A DNA stretch of 61,500 nucleotides, the filler included, from Sphacelaria rigidula (taxonomy: Eukaryota), in assembly GCA_964200075.2 (NCBI GenBank). It is 8 parts of 8 records of this genome, joined end to end, with 100 filler letters (N's around TTAATTAATTAA, not from the genome) between each part and the next. Parts side by side here need not be neighbours in the genome. Positions count along the whole stretch, not along the records: positions 1 to 7,600 come from CAXNAA020014151.1; positions 7,701 to 15,300 come from CAXNAA020014152.1; 6 more parts are not named here. The stretch is one strand, 5' to 3'. Every line of letters begins with the position of its first letter. Within the stretch, counting starts at the first letter, position 1. A program made the position numbers and the translations under genes. The notes below the pieces were generated by a model. It saw only the letters and a list, made by a program, of their open reading frames with translations, did no database searches and was not told the origin of the DNA. Positions 1 to 11,893 of this stretch are shown one piece after another.

Positions 1-274
1 CGGCTGATGCGCCCACATATACCGAAAGGTGTAGACTGGTGCCCAGAATAAATGGGACGACAACACAACACACTGCTGTGCACGTTTCATTCGTGCATGA
101 GTCGTGCTGTTCGGTCGCCAGTCGTGCTCGCCTGTGCCATGCCGTCGAATGGCGCAGACAACATTTCCTTCCATGTGTGTCCCCATTTATTTTTCACCGT
201 GAAACTACGGGCTTCAGGATCCCTGAGTGTGTTCGGGGCGGTTTGTTGTGTTGTTCGTGTGGTCAAATCTACAG

Positions 275-3200
275 GTCTTATCGGGATTCAACAGCATTGT
301 CCTCGCCCGCGTGAACGCCCACAGTGACGTGGAGGAACTAAAGGCTGAGTCTTCGGTACCGGTGATCAACGCCCTATCGGACTTGCATCACCCGCTGCAA
401 ACGCTTGCCGATCTCATGACGATAAAGGTGATCGCCATTTTCAAGGCGGTTGCGAGTCCGTGCCCGAACCCGACGGCGGCACCAGGAGAGAGCCATACTG
501 CATACTCACGCGTTCAACCATTCAACTGCGATGTGGTCCTTTTGAGTTCACGTGTGCCAATAGACCACGTTGTATATCGAGTTTTTTAAACGACTGTACT
601 GCAGTATGAGAGGGGTCCCAAACGCTTCGCGGTCACTGGCTTGAGACCAACAATTTTGATCATACTGCTGTGGGTAGGACTGGCCACAAAAGTGCTACCA
701 CCGTGTTCCGTCCTGATTGCATAGCCTACCTTGAATGTCCATATCTGGCATCTGTGTTCTTGACCCTCGAGCCGAGTGCTTTGCCTCGTTGTAGTTTACG
801 AGTAACGCGTAGCATGGGCAAGGAACATCACATGTCGTCTCTGATAAGAAAGAATATTCTCAACATGTAGCAGTGTTCATATACAATTGAAATGTTCTGC
901 TCAATAAAAGACGGAAATTACATACCCACTGGTTGGACCAAATTTTTTACAGCGCTGTTCAGGACAGTTTGCTCATTTTTGTGTTTTACACAGGCCGAAG
1001 ACACGTTCAAGCTAATCTTGCTTTTTACCGGTCGTGCGTTGCCAATGCCGAAATAACTTTTTAACAGGAACGATTCGGGAAGCTGGAAGGTTTGACGTTC
1101 ACGTGGGTAGGGGATGGGAACAACGTACTGCACGACCTGATGCTAGGCTGCGCAAAGCTCGGTAAGTCGACAGCCAGCCCAAATGCGTCCTTAGGTCTTC
1201 AACACCTTGACACTCACCCGCGAAATAGGTAGAGCAGAGCATCATTGTCGGGGAATTTGGACGAACTCAGTTGAAATCAGCCATCGGTCGCCTGGATAAC
1301 TTGGCCCTCGCGTGCCTGGCGACGATCAAGGGCGTACCTCTCTCCTGATATCATGCAGTTTTCATGTGCAATGTTTTCCCGGCTATTTTCCCGCACGTCG
1401 CCGTTACAGCCATGAACGTACGGATTGCTACTCCCGAGGGATACCGACCAGATCCGACTATTGTGGGAACGACCAGCGATCTGGCAAAGGAGAGCGGATC
1501 GGCGGTGTTCATCACGGCGGATCCCGCAGAGGTATGAAGCGGTCAGATGGGGACGTGAACATAGTTGTGCCAGGTCACTTTGTCACGTTAACCCTTTTGG
1601 AACTGAAGCTCAGTAACAAGGGGTTCACCATATATTTGTCAAATGATAATGAACAAGTCTCGGAGCGACCTGCCCAATCATGGCCAAGCAAAAGTTATCG
1701 ACCACATCCAAGCGACCAGTGGGGGGGGTCTGTCGCCGGAAGGGATGTCACTGCCAAGTTTGTGTGTGTACCCTGTCCCTGGCCCACGAAAAAGCCTTCG
1801 AAGCAATAGAAATCTGCGATGGTGAGGGCTCGCTTTCCCGATTTTTTTCATTGTTTACTTGCATTTTATTCAGGTTCAACCCCCACTCCCCCGATTTGTT
1901 TTGGGTCACCATCCTATAGTAAAACGTGGTTCATTACACTAACACGGGGTGCTCGGGGGAAATTCGGGGATAAATTTACCCCACTATTTTTACGGCCATG
2001 TTCACAAGGAGACTGAATCTAGCAACTTAGTGGAACGACAGACGGCGCTAGAGGCATGAGTTCTGCGTATCCCTCTGTTGAGGCGGTACATCATGTAGTG
2101 AGGTCGTATGTGATCGACGGGAACGAACAGGCTGTGTATAGGTAGCTGATCCCCGTCGCGGAGAACTATATAAAACTTGTAAGGGAGTATGCAGCGGCAG
2201 CTGCTGCCGCAGTCGGAGAGGCGTGGGGTACTGTATGTGCGGCGCAAAGCCCATGCCCTTCGAAGAGAATCTGCCGCTTGCAACGAAGAGGGAAATCGCG
2301 ACCCACTCCGACCACAAAGGGCTGTGTGGCAAGGGGATGGGGACAAAAAAAAATCCAAAGCCACAAGTGGCGGGCAGCGGTCGCTACGTCCTGTTGAAAG
2401 CTCTCCACGGCGACTCATACTGCTCGATAAATCTGTACATTACGTGACGCGCACAACACCTGACTTACAGTGTGTACCTGCACTTGAAAATAAACGGAAT
2501 GAAACTTTCGGTCTTTCTAATAACCTTGTGGTTACATACATGGATTTTCAGTAACATAAAGCCACTGTCATCTATTTCGTGTAGACGCCAGACACGTCAT
2601 TCCCAACCAGCCTCATTGGTCGTTGTGAAGACTTGGTTCCAAAAGGGTTATTTGGTGAGCTGCCAGTGCCTACAGGATGGTTCACCGTCATCACCTCAAG
2701 AATATTTATCTGCAAAACTTCACGCCGTTGTTTAAAGTTGAGAACCTGATTTTTTTCACGAATGTGTCATGGGTTACTACAAAACCTCCGAAGAACGAGT
2801 GTTTTTCGAACGTCTTGATATTTCACCGGTATTCGGGGATCCCAGGGTTCTCGGGGACCTTGGACCCCGGGGGACCCCCGAAATCGGGTGAAAAAAACAG
2901 GGGGTAGAGGAAAACATCTATCGAAAGTTTTTTCATGACCCGCAGTACATGTGCGCAATAATATCATGGTCTAACTCCTAAAAATGGCCTGAATTTTTGC
3001 GCTTTTGTGCGATGAAGTGAGCGTGCAAGCTTCTAACTACTCGTCTCTTTTGCGTATGTTGAAAAACCTGCGTGAGGTTTTCGAGTTTCGCAACCAAACT
3101 TCGTACGTATAGGTTCCTTCGACAACCCCGGGACGTGTAGAGTATTTTTTTTGTTTGAGGCATTCAGTACCGCCTTCCGCGGGTGTTCACGCTGGACCCC

Positions 3201-5265
3201 CGGGAGTCGGCAAATAATGGAGAAATTTTCAAATATTTTCAAATAATTTTTTGCATTTGGAGGACTAATGCCAACGGAACTGCGAAGTTTGAGGGCGATC
3301 TAAGCTTTTCTACGATATAGGTAGGGGAAACCATCGGGAGACTCCCTGGGTCTTTCGTGCGTACCATCAGTGGAGATCTGACGACACCAAAACCCTTATC
3401 ACCGACATGCCGCGGTTTGGGGTATAAATTGATCCCAGAGTAACCGTTTTGAAATATATTATTTTCCGTTGCATTCCCGAGCTGGGGGCGGCTACTGCGA
3501 TGTGAGCTATGTGGAGAAGGATACATATTGCGTTGAGAATTCCTATTTTCGATTCCAGGGCATTTTAAACGGCGCTTATTGGTCGAGGCACCTTTTGTCC
3601 TGAGCACCAACGCTATGACCTTCAACACAAATGGGGCTATGTCAACATCCTTGTTGACTACTGTCAGTATGATAGCATGTATGCGACTATGGGTAGGTAT
3701 TGCGGAAGACATTTGCTGATGAAAGAATTTTGGGTGATGAGCGTTAACCAGCCTGTATCTGAAGTCAACGAAGCGCGATTCTGTGTATTAAAGGCGCGCG
3801 TTTCACAGGGTCTTGTTCGATGCACTTGGAGGCATCATGGTCAAGTTGGAGGGAATGCATCCACACAATCTTTGTTCTAAGAGTATACTATCGTTGTTGC
3901 CTGTCGTGTTGTTGCGCATCCATCATGGCTGAACTTGTCTCGAGGCTGTTGCCGGGGCGCATATCGTGGCCACGGACACGTGGGTAAGCATGGGACAAGA
4001 GGAAGAGGCGGCGAAGAGGATCAAGGATTACGAAGGCTATCAGGTTAGGCCCAAAATTTCTGCACTCTGCAGCACCATGGTACGACGCTTAGCGCGTGCT
4101 CTAAGGCTGCCCTGATTGTTGCCCCCCTACCCCGTCGTCCCCGAGGTGATGTTTGTCGGTCTATATTCTCTCAATTGGGTAGGTTTATGAAGCAGAGGCA
4201 GTTGTTGGCATTTCATTTTACTAATTGGTGTCGCTAACCAAAAATAATCGCACGATCAAAATGACGGGAGTGCAAGCAGAAAACCCCGAGAATCGCGAGT
4301 CCTTGCAAACCCCGGAACCCTGGTAATGGCCCCGGAACCCTTCAAGAGATGATCATCGAGGTGCCCATGGAAGCAAAGGGAGTGGTTTCTAGGGTGTGTG
4401 CACTCAGGGAGACTAGAAAAACCTCATGGCCCAGGAAGATATTGACAGTGACCCTTTGCTGGGTCTGCAGGGGTGCAGACGTCAAGAAGTGAATACAAGC
4501 AGACGAAGGGGGCCTGCAAACGTTCCAGTGTACTCGATTCCCCCCCCCCCCTGAAGAAAAGTGGCGAACAGGCAAAGGAATTCAAACGTGTGCATGACAT
4601 TTTGGTCGACTGACTCACCGCTCCGGACCTCACTTGCCTCCGTCTGCCGCTGACAGGTAACGGAAGCCCTGATGAACAAGGCTCAAGATGATGCCGTGTT
4701 CCTGCACTGCTTGCCCCGGCATAAGGAAGAAGTCGATGATGAGGTTTGGACAAAAATTTAGCGAACACGATTCTATTTTGAAAAGTTGTGTCATATCGGG
4801 TTTGCTAATTCGAGGCTGCTGGCGCTGTCTGGCTTTTGTCGTGTTTCGCAGGGTGTTTGGTTGTACGTCCGGTAAATAAACACATCCCACGGTGAACGCA
4901 ATATATGTGCATATTATTTGTATGAGCCACGATGTTTCTGGTGATATTGCGTTATTTAGCCTCGTGTTTTCCCTACATATCCGAAATTTCAACGGAACCC
5001 CGTTGTTTGTGCTCTTCGCTGATCCCCCACGCGTTTGCAGCAGGACGCGAGCAATTGCGCGGATATTATAGCACGTGCGAGAAGCAGGATGGCTTGTCAT
5101 TTACTTGTCCGCTCTTGTCTTCGTGTTGCCAAACTTTCGTCTGGAAATATTTCGGTTTTTCTGTGGCCGCAGGTTTTCTACTCGGAGCGGTCTCTCGTCT
5201 TCCCGGAGGCGGAAAACCGCATGTGGACCGTCATGGCTCTCATGCAGTCCCTGCTGGGGAAGTGA
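275..5265 (+). CDS. OTC: Ornithine carbamoyltransferase, 3' six exons (5' part outside fragment)
   Basis: Exons 275-427, 1068-1161, 1410-1531, 3945-4043, 4657-4743 and 5173-5265 join in frame via GT-AG introns. The product carries OTC motifs [39 protein letters not shown] and EAENR, ending at TGA 5263-5265. Confidence 0.96.
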
Positions 5266-6545
5266 CGAACGTGAGAGTGCTGCGCGAAACCCGCTTCACA
5301 CTTGGCTGCCTAGTCCATACCCTGGAAGCATGGGCGTTGTAGGATTGCGAGCATGGCCCCGACCTGCATAGACGTCACCTCCGAAGTTTCGCGCTTATTC
5401 TGGCCATGTCAACGGCAGCAGACGAGAACAGTAACGGTCCGTCAAATTTGTGCTCGCTCAGGAGACTGCCCTCAAGCCGCCAAACGCTTCCCGGGAATCA
5501 GTGGCTGGTCCCTTGTATTCTAATTGGAATTTTTAGGTACATATTTCCGACATGTTCGAAAAGCTTTCGGAATCTGAGGAGGAGCGTTTCTAGCACCACC
5601 ACCACCACCACCTGCAGCTGGAGCGTAAGAGCTGAAATTTAGTACACACGAAGGACACTGAAAAGCTCAGCATAATGTCTCAACCTTTTCGCTTCATTGT
5701 GCTGTACAACAGTGTTATTTGATATGTGGCACGATGGCGGCACTCGGACCGATGGGCAAAGTGCGCTTGACAGGAAGGACAGTGCAACTGAATTGTTGCT
5801 GTACTCTTCGAGTCCTCCGGTGGACTCGTGTGAGGGGACTGAATACCTTCAATTCTCCACGGCTTGCTAGGAATAACATGGCAGGAATGTTTCAATATTC
5901 GCGCCAAGCATTATAGAAAATATTTCGCCTGGAAAACAACGGAAGGTTCCGATTCGTTTGCACCCGATGAACTTTTGTACATACAAGCACACTGTATTGT
6001 AAAATGTAGGACTAAAGTTCGGTGCTTGAGGGTACTGGTGCGGACTGTTGCGCGAAGAATCCAAATTAGGTGGCAATAGACACCTCAATCATCGACATGT
6101 TTGCTAGCAAGCCGTGGAGAAATTTGTATTGCATCGCGTAAGAGGCTGTCTTTGCAGGACGCGAAAGAGCGTTCATTCGAAGGAAATCGCTCGGCAATTT
6201 ATGATAATCGGTAGTTGCTGCCCTTTTGATCCGTGGCTGAAGGCAAGTGTTTTCCTGTGCCGAAAACATGATGCTCCGACGGCATGAAATTTGGGGAATA
6301 AAAATGGCCGACCGCTGATCGTGGATTTCACCTTAGGCCGCCATGGTGACGGGTGGGTCGTCTGTACATTTCCATCATCTTTCAACTGAACATAATCCGG
6401 CTTCAACACGTTATCCTCCCTGGCCCTCGAATAGTTGTAGTCGATTTTTCTGGTCGTCGTTCTTGTTTTCTTGCAACTCTGGATTGGCTCGGGAGGTTCC
6501 GAACTCTTCTGATCGGTGGTTGACAGTAGACCTCCAGTGATTTAA

Positions 6546-6643
6546 CCCTTAGACCACGAGATTAGTCCTTCTGGACCATCATTACTTTTTTTCACCTGAA
6601 ATTGATACCGATTCAACAGAAGACTAACCTCGCGGTCTAAGGG
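6546..6643. mobile_element. piggyBac-like MITE (~98 bp)
   Basis: TTAA|CCCTTAGACCACGA...TCGCGGTCTAAGGG|TTCA: inverted termini in a TTAA-type site. Same TIR family at 49273-49368. Confidence 0.75.
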
Positions 6644-7532
6644 TTCAGCAAACAGGACGCACATTTCGCGTGGGTATTTTCGCATGCACACCCTCTTCGC
6701 CGGAGGTTTTACGGTCTGCCTTGGTCGGGGTTAATGTTGAGGTTAGCGTTAGGATGTAGCTGGGTTAGCCTGTATTAAGATCCGGTTGGCGCCTGAGATG
6801 GTGAAAATAGTAAACAGGTCCCTTGGAAAAAACGAACGGGCACGGAGATCCTGAGGATTTTGTAGCGACCAAGTAGTAGTGATGCGGTTAGAAACGTGGG
6901 CCAAGCAAGGATGAACATGGCACTCAGACAGCACTCCATACCGAGCGAGCTCTAGCATTCGCGAAACAACAGCACGCGCATCGAAAGCTCAGCGCTTGGC
7001 TGACTGAGCACGTCGCACTTATTCACGGCTGTGTCTACGAAGAACTGAATGAAAATCAACATTTTCAGTGAGCGAGCGAGGTCATGTGTATACTCGTAAC
7101 ACAAGAACCCAGCGCAAACTGTGCGTGGAACACGTCATTTTCACGTTTCGCGCCCGAAAACTTCGCCAGTCTTTTTGCTGTTGCGCTTTCCCTACTGAAC
7201 GAATCGATTTTCGTGCGCTCATTATTTTGTTCATAAGTACTTTCTTCCAAATGTACCTGACTGAGAGGGGGCGATGGTTACAGCAAATCGAATATGCGGC
7301 CTGTACGTGGGGGCTCGACGGACACTTGCACACAAATGAAGATTAAAAACAGTCACCTGGGCATGTACACCAGCGCAGGTTTTTGGTATTGCTATGTTGG
7401 CTTGTCTGCCGTGCCCAAATGTTTCGAAGACCACACCAAATGCGGGGAAAATAAATTTCGACGGTGTCTTTTCGCGGGTAGACGAAAACGATCAGGGGGG
7501 GTTATTTTGTCGCCGAAGGCAATTTTGGTCTT

Positions 7533-7591
7533 AACAGCCAATCATCTATGTTGAGGATGGTGCTTTTGATTGAGGATGAGAACCCGGAGGA
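7533..7591. repeat. Terminus of a dispersed repeat, also at 38342-38400
   Basis: 59 bp AACAGCCRATCATCTATGTTGAGGATGG...CCCGGAGGA shared with 2 mismatches. Both copies run into a spacer. Confidence 0.85.
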
Positions 7592-7600
7592 TTAAAATCT

Positions 7601-7700
7601 NNNNNNNNNNNNNNNNNNNNNNNNNNNNNNNNNNNNNNNNNNNNTTAATTAATTAANNNNNNNNNNNNNNNNNNNNNNNNNNNNNNNNNNNNNNNNNNNN
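7601..7700. other. Artificial concatenation spacer (also 15301-15400, 23001-23100, 30701-30800, 38401-38500, 46101-46200, 53801-53900)
   Basis: N44-TTAATTAATTAA-N44, a six-frame stop linker, recurring every 7,700 bp. Confidence 0.99.
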
Positions 7701-7771
7701 TCCGTCCCGGCATTGTAGGGATGCGAGGTCAATGATCTTATGACTATGGCATGCATGATCACGAGTACACC
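7701..7771 (+). repeat. Structured short dispersed element, copy A (5' truncated by spacer)
   Basis: CCGTCCC...GGGATGCGAGGTCAATGATCTTATGACTATGGC...GAGTACACC matches the copies at 12638, 15876, 22771, 24041, 30611, 48632 and 49964. Confidence 0.8.
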
Positions 7772-7862
7772 TATCTCCAGAAAGGCCGCGCCACCCAAAA
7801 GTCGCGCCCCATGAAACGGCAGGTGGGGACAAACTGTTCTCATCATTTATATCATCAGAACA

Positions 7863-8228
7863 GAAGGTGGGGAACATGTGCGTATGATTCACGCTGCATA
7901 AGTGAAGAATGAGAAACATGTGCGCTTGATTCATCTCGTGTGAATCGAAGGTTGGGAGCATGTACGTATGATTCATGCTGCATGAACGGAAATCGGGGAA
8001 CATGTACACTTGATTCATCATCGTACAAATGGAAGGTGTGAAACATGTGCGTATGATTCATGCTGCATGGGCGGAAATTGGGAAACCATGTACGCTTGAT
8101 TCACCTCGTGTGAATGGAAGATGGGAAACGTGTGCATGATCCATATTGAATACATGGAAATATGAAAACATGTGCCTACGATTCATACCATACGAATGGA
8201 AGGTAGGAAGCGTGTACCTTCGATGGTG
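7863..8228. repeat. 42-bp minisatellite with alternating A/B units (84-bp dimer), ~9 units
   Basis: (A/G)CATG anchors at 7874, 7916, 7958, 8000 and 8043. Units alternate ...GTATGATTCATGCTGCAT and ...CTTGATTCATCTCGTGTGAAT. Confidence 0.85.
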
Positions 8229-8429
8229 TACCGTACCGCACGAATCACAAACTGTGAATATGTACACTCCAAGCAATGTCGTACGAACCACGAACCCAAA
8301 ACATGTATTGGTCGTAACTTGTGTACGAATCACGATTTTGTTCGTCCGAACCGTCATCAATTGTAATAGGCAACATATTACATACTGTACGCAGTGCGAT
8401 TTTTGACAATGTAACATCTTGTCCAGGGT

Positions 8430-8760
8430 GTGAATGACTCGGAGTCACAGTCGCGAGATCGTCAAGTCGATGACATAGTCGTGGCAACGTTTTAAATTGG
8501 CCATGATGACTCGAATGAGACTTCGTCGTAATGACTCGAATGAGAATTGGTCGGGATGAGTCCAGTGAGACCTTGTCGTGATGACTCGAGTCCAACTCGT
8601 GATGGCCTCATTTCAGACGTGTCCTCTAGCATTCCGAACAACTGGCAAGACTCGAGTGATATTCTTCTTCCCTCTTTTTTGAATTATTGACATGACACGG
8701 CTCAGACTCGTTCCTATTTTCTAAAGTAATCACAACGGACTCCACTCGTCATGACTGAAG
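8430..8760. repeat. Cluster of ATGACTCG/CGAGTC motifs (likely MITE subterminal repeats)
   Basis: Many (A)TGACTCG(A) and GAGTC motifs in both orientations. Confidence 0.5.
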
Positions 8761-9382
8761 GCTCGTTTGGCGCGGCGACGTTTTTTCACCATTGAAGCTG
8801 TTAGTGTGGCGCACCAACAGTACGGCGAATAAATCGTACGAACGAAGTGCGCGCCATGGTGGCGGTTTCTCCTTTTACCGTGACGGGTGAGCAATGCCAC
8901 GGTAGGGGTGCACTTTATTTTCTGAGGCTCTTTGTTGCAGGGGCCTCTCGATGACAAATATATGGGGTTTGTACTGGGCTTTCGAATTTGTGCAGTTGTT
9001 AAAGTCCTGCACGCAGGGCAGGTGTGTGGGAGGGCAAGCATTTTCCGAAAATGCCAGCCATCCTGAATAGAAGTGCTCACGAAGGAAAACGACAACGCCA
9101 ACTGGCAGTACCCTAGGTCCCTGCCAGCCAATCTGTTGGCTACTTACGCTGCTCGCCTCGAGTACAGCCTCGAAAACACACCCTCACCCGTATAAATTCC
9201 ACGATATTCAATAGTTCGAACACGTACAGACAACAATGTTTGAGACATCTGTCGCTGTGTGACCTGAAATAATGAAGAACACAGGAATCCTCATATTTCG
9301 GCTCCTCAGTCACGGCGGAATGATCTTTTATGATTATTCATTCGCTGGGATCGTTGCGATTTGTTTTGGGGCCCTCGCCACA

Positions 9383-10550
9383 TGAAGCAGAAGATATTTC
9401 GTCTCGGGTAGGAGGCACCGTATCTTTCTTCATGGTAGAGGTGGTAAATATTTCCCCTCGTGAAGGAGGCATCTCTCCTGTGGATGAGGCATGATATCTC
9501 TTCTCATGGATGAGGCATGAAGTAACTCTCTTGTGACTGAGGCATCAGATGTGTCTTCTCGTGGATGATGTGATATTTCTCTTCTCGCGAACAAGGCATC
9601 AGATATCTCTTGTCATGGATGAGGCATCAGATTTGTCATCCCATGAATTAGGCATAATAATTTCGTCTCATGGATCAGGCATTACATCTCTTCTCGTGAA
9701 TGAGGCATCAGATATTTCATCTCGTGGATGAGGCAAGTCATCTCTTCTCGCGAACGAGGCATCAGATGTATTCTCTCATTGCTGAGGCACTATATCTCTT
9801 CTCGTGGATGAGGCACCAGATATGTCTTCTCGTGAACGAGGCAGTATATCTCTTCTCGTGAATGAGGCATCAGATATCTCCTCTCATGGATGAGGCATGA
9901 TATCTCTCCTCGCGAATAAGGCGTCAGATATTTCATCTTGTGAATGAGGCAAGATATTTCTTCTCGCGAATAAGGCATCAGATATTTCCTCTCATGGATG
10001 GGGCACTATATCGCTTCTCGTAGATAAGGCATCAGATATGTCGTCTCACGAATGAGGCATTATACCTTCTCTCGTGGATCAGGCATCATATATGTCTTCT
10101 CGTAAATGAGGCATTATATCTCTTCTCGTGGATGAGACATGAGATATCTCCTCTCATGGATGATGCATGAGATGCATGTCTCGTGGATACGGCAATATAT
10201 CTCTTCTCGCGAACGAGGCATCAGATATCTCTTCACATGGATGAGGCATCATATATCTCTTCTCATGGATGAGGCATAAATATTTCGTCTCATGGATGAG
10301 GCATTATATCTCTTCTCTCGAACGAGGCATGACATAGTTCATCTCGTGAATGAGGCAAGGTATCTCTCTCGCGAATTAGGCGTCAGATATATTCTTTCAT
10401 GGATGAGACATCATGTATCTCTTCTCGTGGATGAGGCATCAGATATGTCGTCTCATAAATGAGGCATTATACCTTATCTCGTAGATGGGGCATAAGATAT
10501 ACATTATTGTAAACGAGGCAGTAGATTTCCTCTCGTGGATGATGCTTAAT
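9383..10550. repeat. Minisatellite of 26+28-bp units (54-bp higher-order repeat), ~40 units
   Basis: GAGGCA-like anchors at 9730, 9756, 9784, 9810, 9838, 9864, 9892, 9918, 9946 and 9972. Consensus GAGGCA(TCAG/TT)ATATCTCTTCTCGTGGAT. Confidence 0.93.
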
Positions 10551-11014
10551 GTATCTCTAGTTGGAGGCAGTGATCTACTCAGAGGGCATATCTCTACTCG
10601 GTGACACCCGTTGAAAGCATAGGGTGAGCGGGTAGAGAAAAGATGCGACTCCTCACACAATCTTCACAGTACTACAGTACAGTGTTGCGGTTGTAGCACC
10701 TTCATCACTCGCACTGCCTTCAATCAAACAGTGAGCTGGCTGGATGTCCCGGCCGCCGTTCTACATGCCTGCTTCTACGTCTGCCTACCACTCTTTCAGC
10801 GTGCTAAATGACAATCGCTTCGATGTTCGGTATGGCGACATAGACATTCCAAGCTCTGAGCCTTTCATCTTATGCTCGGCGTTCGTCATCTCACATGTAT
10901 TATGATTCATGTGTGGATTTAATTTAATTCAATTCGGTGAGTAGAAATTTTTTCGCTTCCATAAAGCACATATTCCCTCGATTGGGAACATTCCGTCTTA
11001 CTGTGCAGCCTTAA

Positions 11015-11174
11015 CCCCTTGGGGACCGGACTCCCAGCAACATGGTGTTTGCACGTAGGGGCCTTGTCGTGTATCGGCATCATTTTCAGTCCCTTTCAAG
11101 TAAAGATTATGCAAATTCACAAAATGGTCCCTGTCTCCAAACACCATGTTTCTGGGAGTCCGGTCCCAAAAGGG
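11015..11174. mobile_element. piggyBac-like MITE (160 bp, long TIRs)
   Basis: TTAA|CCCCTTGGGGACCGGACTCCCAGCAACATGGTGTTTG...CAAACACCATGTTTCTGGGAGTCCGGTCCCAAAAGGG|TTGA. A related right end lies at ~46393-46413. Confidence 0.85.
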
Positions 11175-11571
11175 TTGAGACAAGTTTTGCTCGAAAAGTG
11201 CACCGCTACCGTGGCATCACCCGGGTGTGGGTATGGTTTTGCCACAAGAGATGACGGCACGAGTCGGATTGCAGCATTGTGCTTGCTTGGCTGCGGGCGT
11301 CAATCGGTATGCTGAACCCTTCACCTACCCCCTATGCATCGTGAAAACAGGAGCGGCGAAGGTCCCTCACGTTTCGTGCTGGGACGAGCTCGTATTATGA
11401 AATACTAGCGCGAGACGAGCAGCCGTCAGCGACCTTAGAAGGAGGTACATCAACAGCCAACCTGGCTCACACGCGAGCGACGTTTCTACCGTGCATGGCT
11501 GAACTCTGCGTAGTGTGACGATGTCCGCTGCGTGTCTGGCCGTGAAACTTGCGAAACGCATATGATAACAG

Positions 11572-11860
11572 GATGCTGCAGAAAGTCGGCGTGCTGTCAT
11601 TTTCAGAGCCGTACTGGTTCGAAAATATCGCCTACCTCAGGATCCAGGAAGGGTTTGACGATGCAACCGTGGGCAAGGTGAGTGAGGGCTTTGTCGATGG
11701 AGATGTACCGTGCCTTACTTCCGCGTTTCGTTTGCCTTGTTTTTGTGTGTGCATGTTTTTCTATCCATCGGTATTTCTTACGCCAGTTCGGTTGATGGAG
11801 TGATCTGATCACACCATCCGAGCAAGCTGTATGTTTGTGCTCTACGCAGACGTGTTGCGC

Positions 11861-11893
<33 letters not shown>

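Noticed and set aside
7645-7656. TTAATTAATTAA as a biological motif
   Set aside because: Synthetic linker embedded in N runs at exact 7,700-bp periodicity.
9383-10550. CRISPR-like array
   Set aside because: No unique spacers (units are homologous along their whole length) and no cas-like ORFs.
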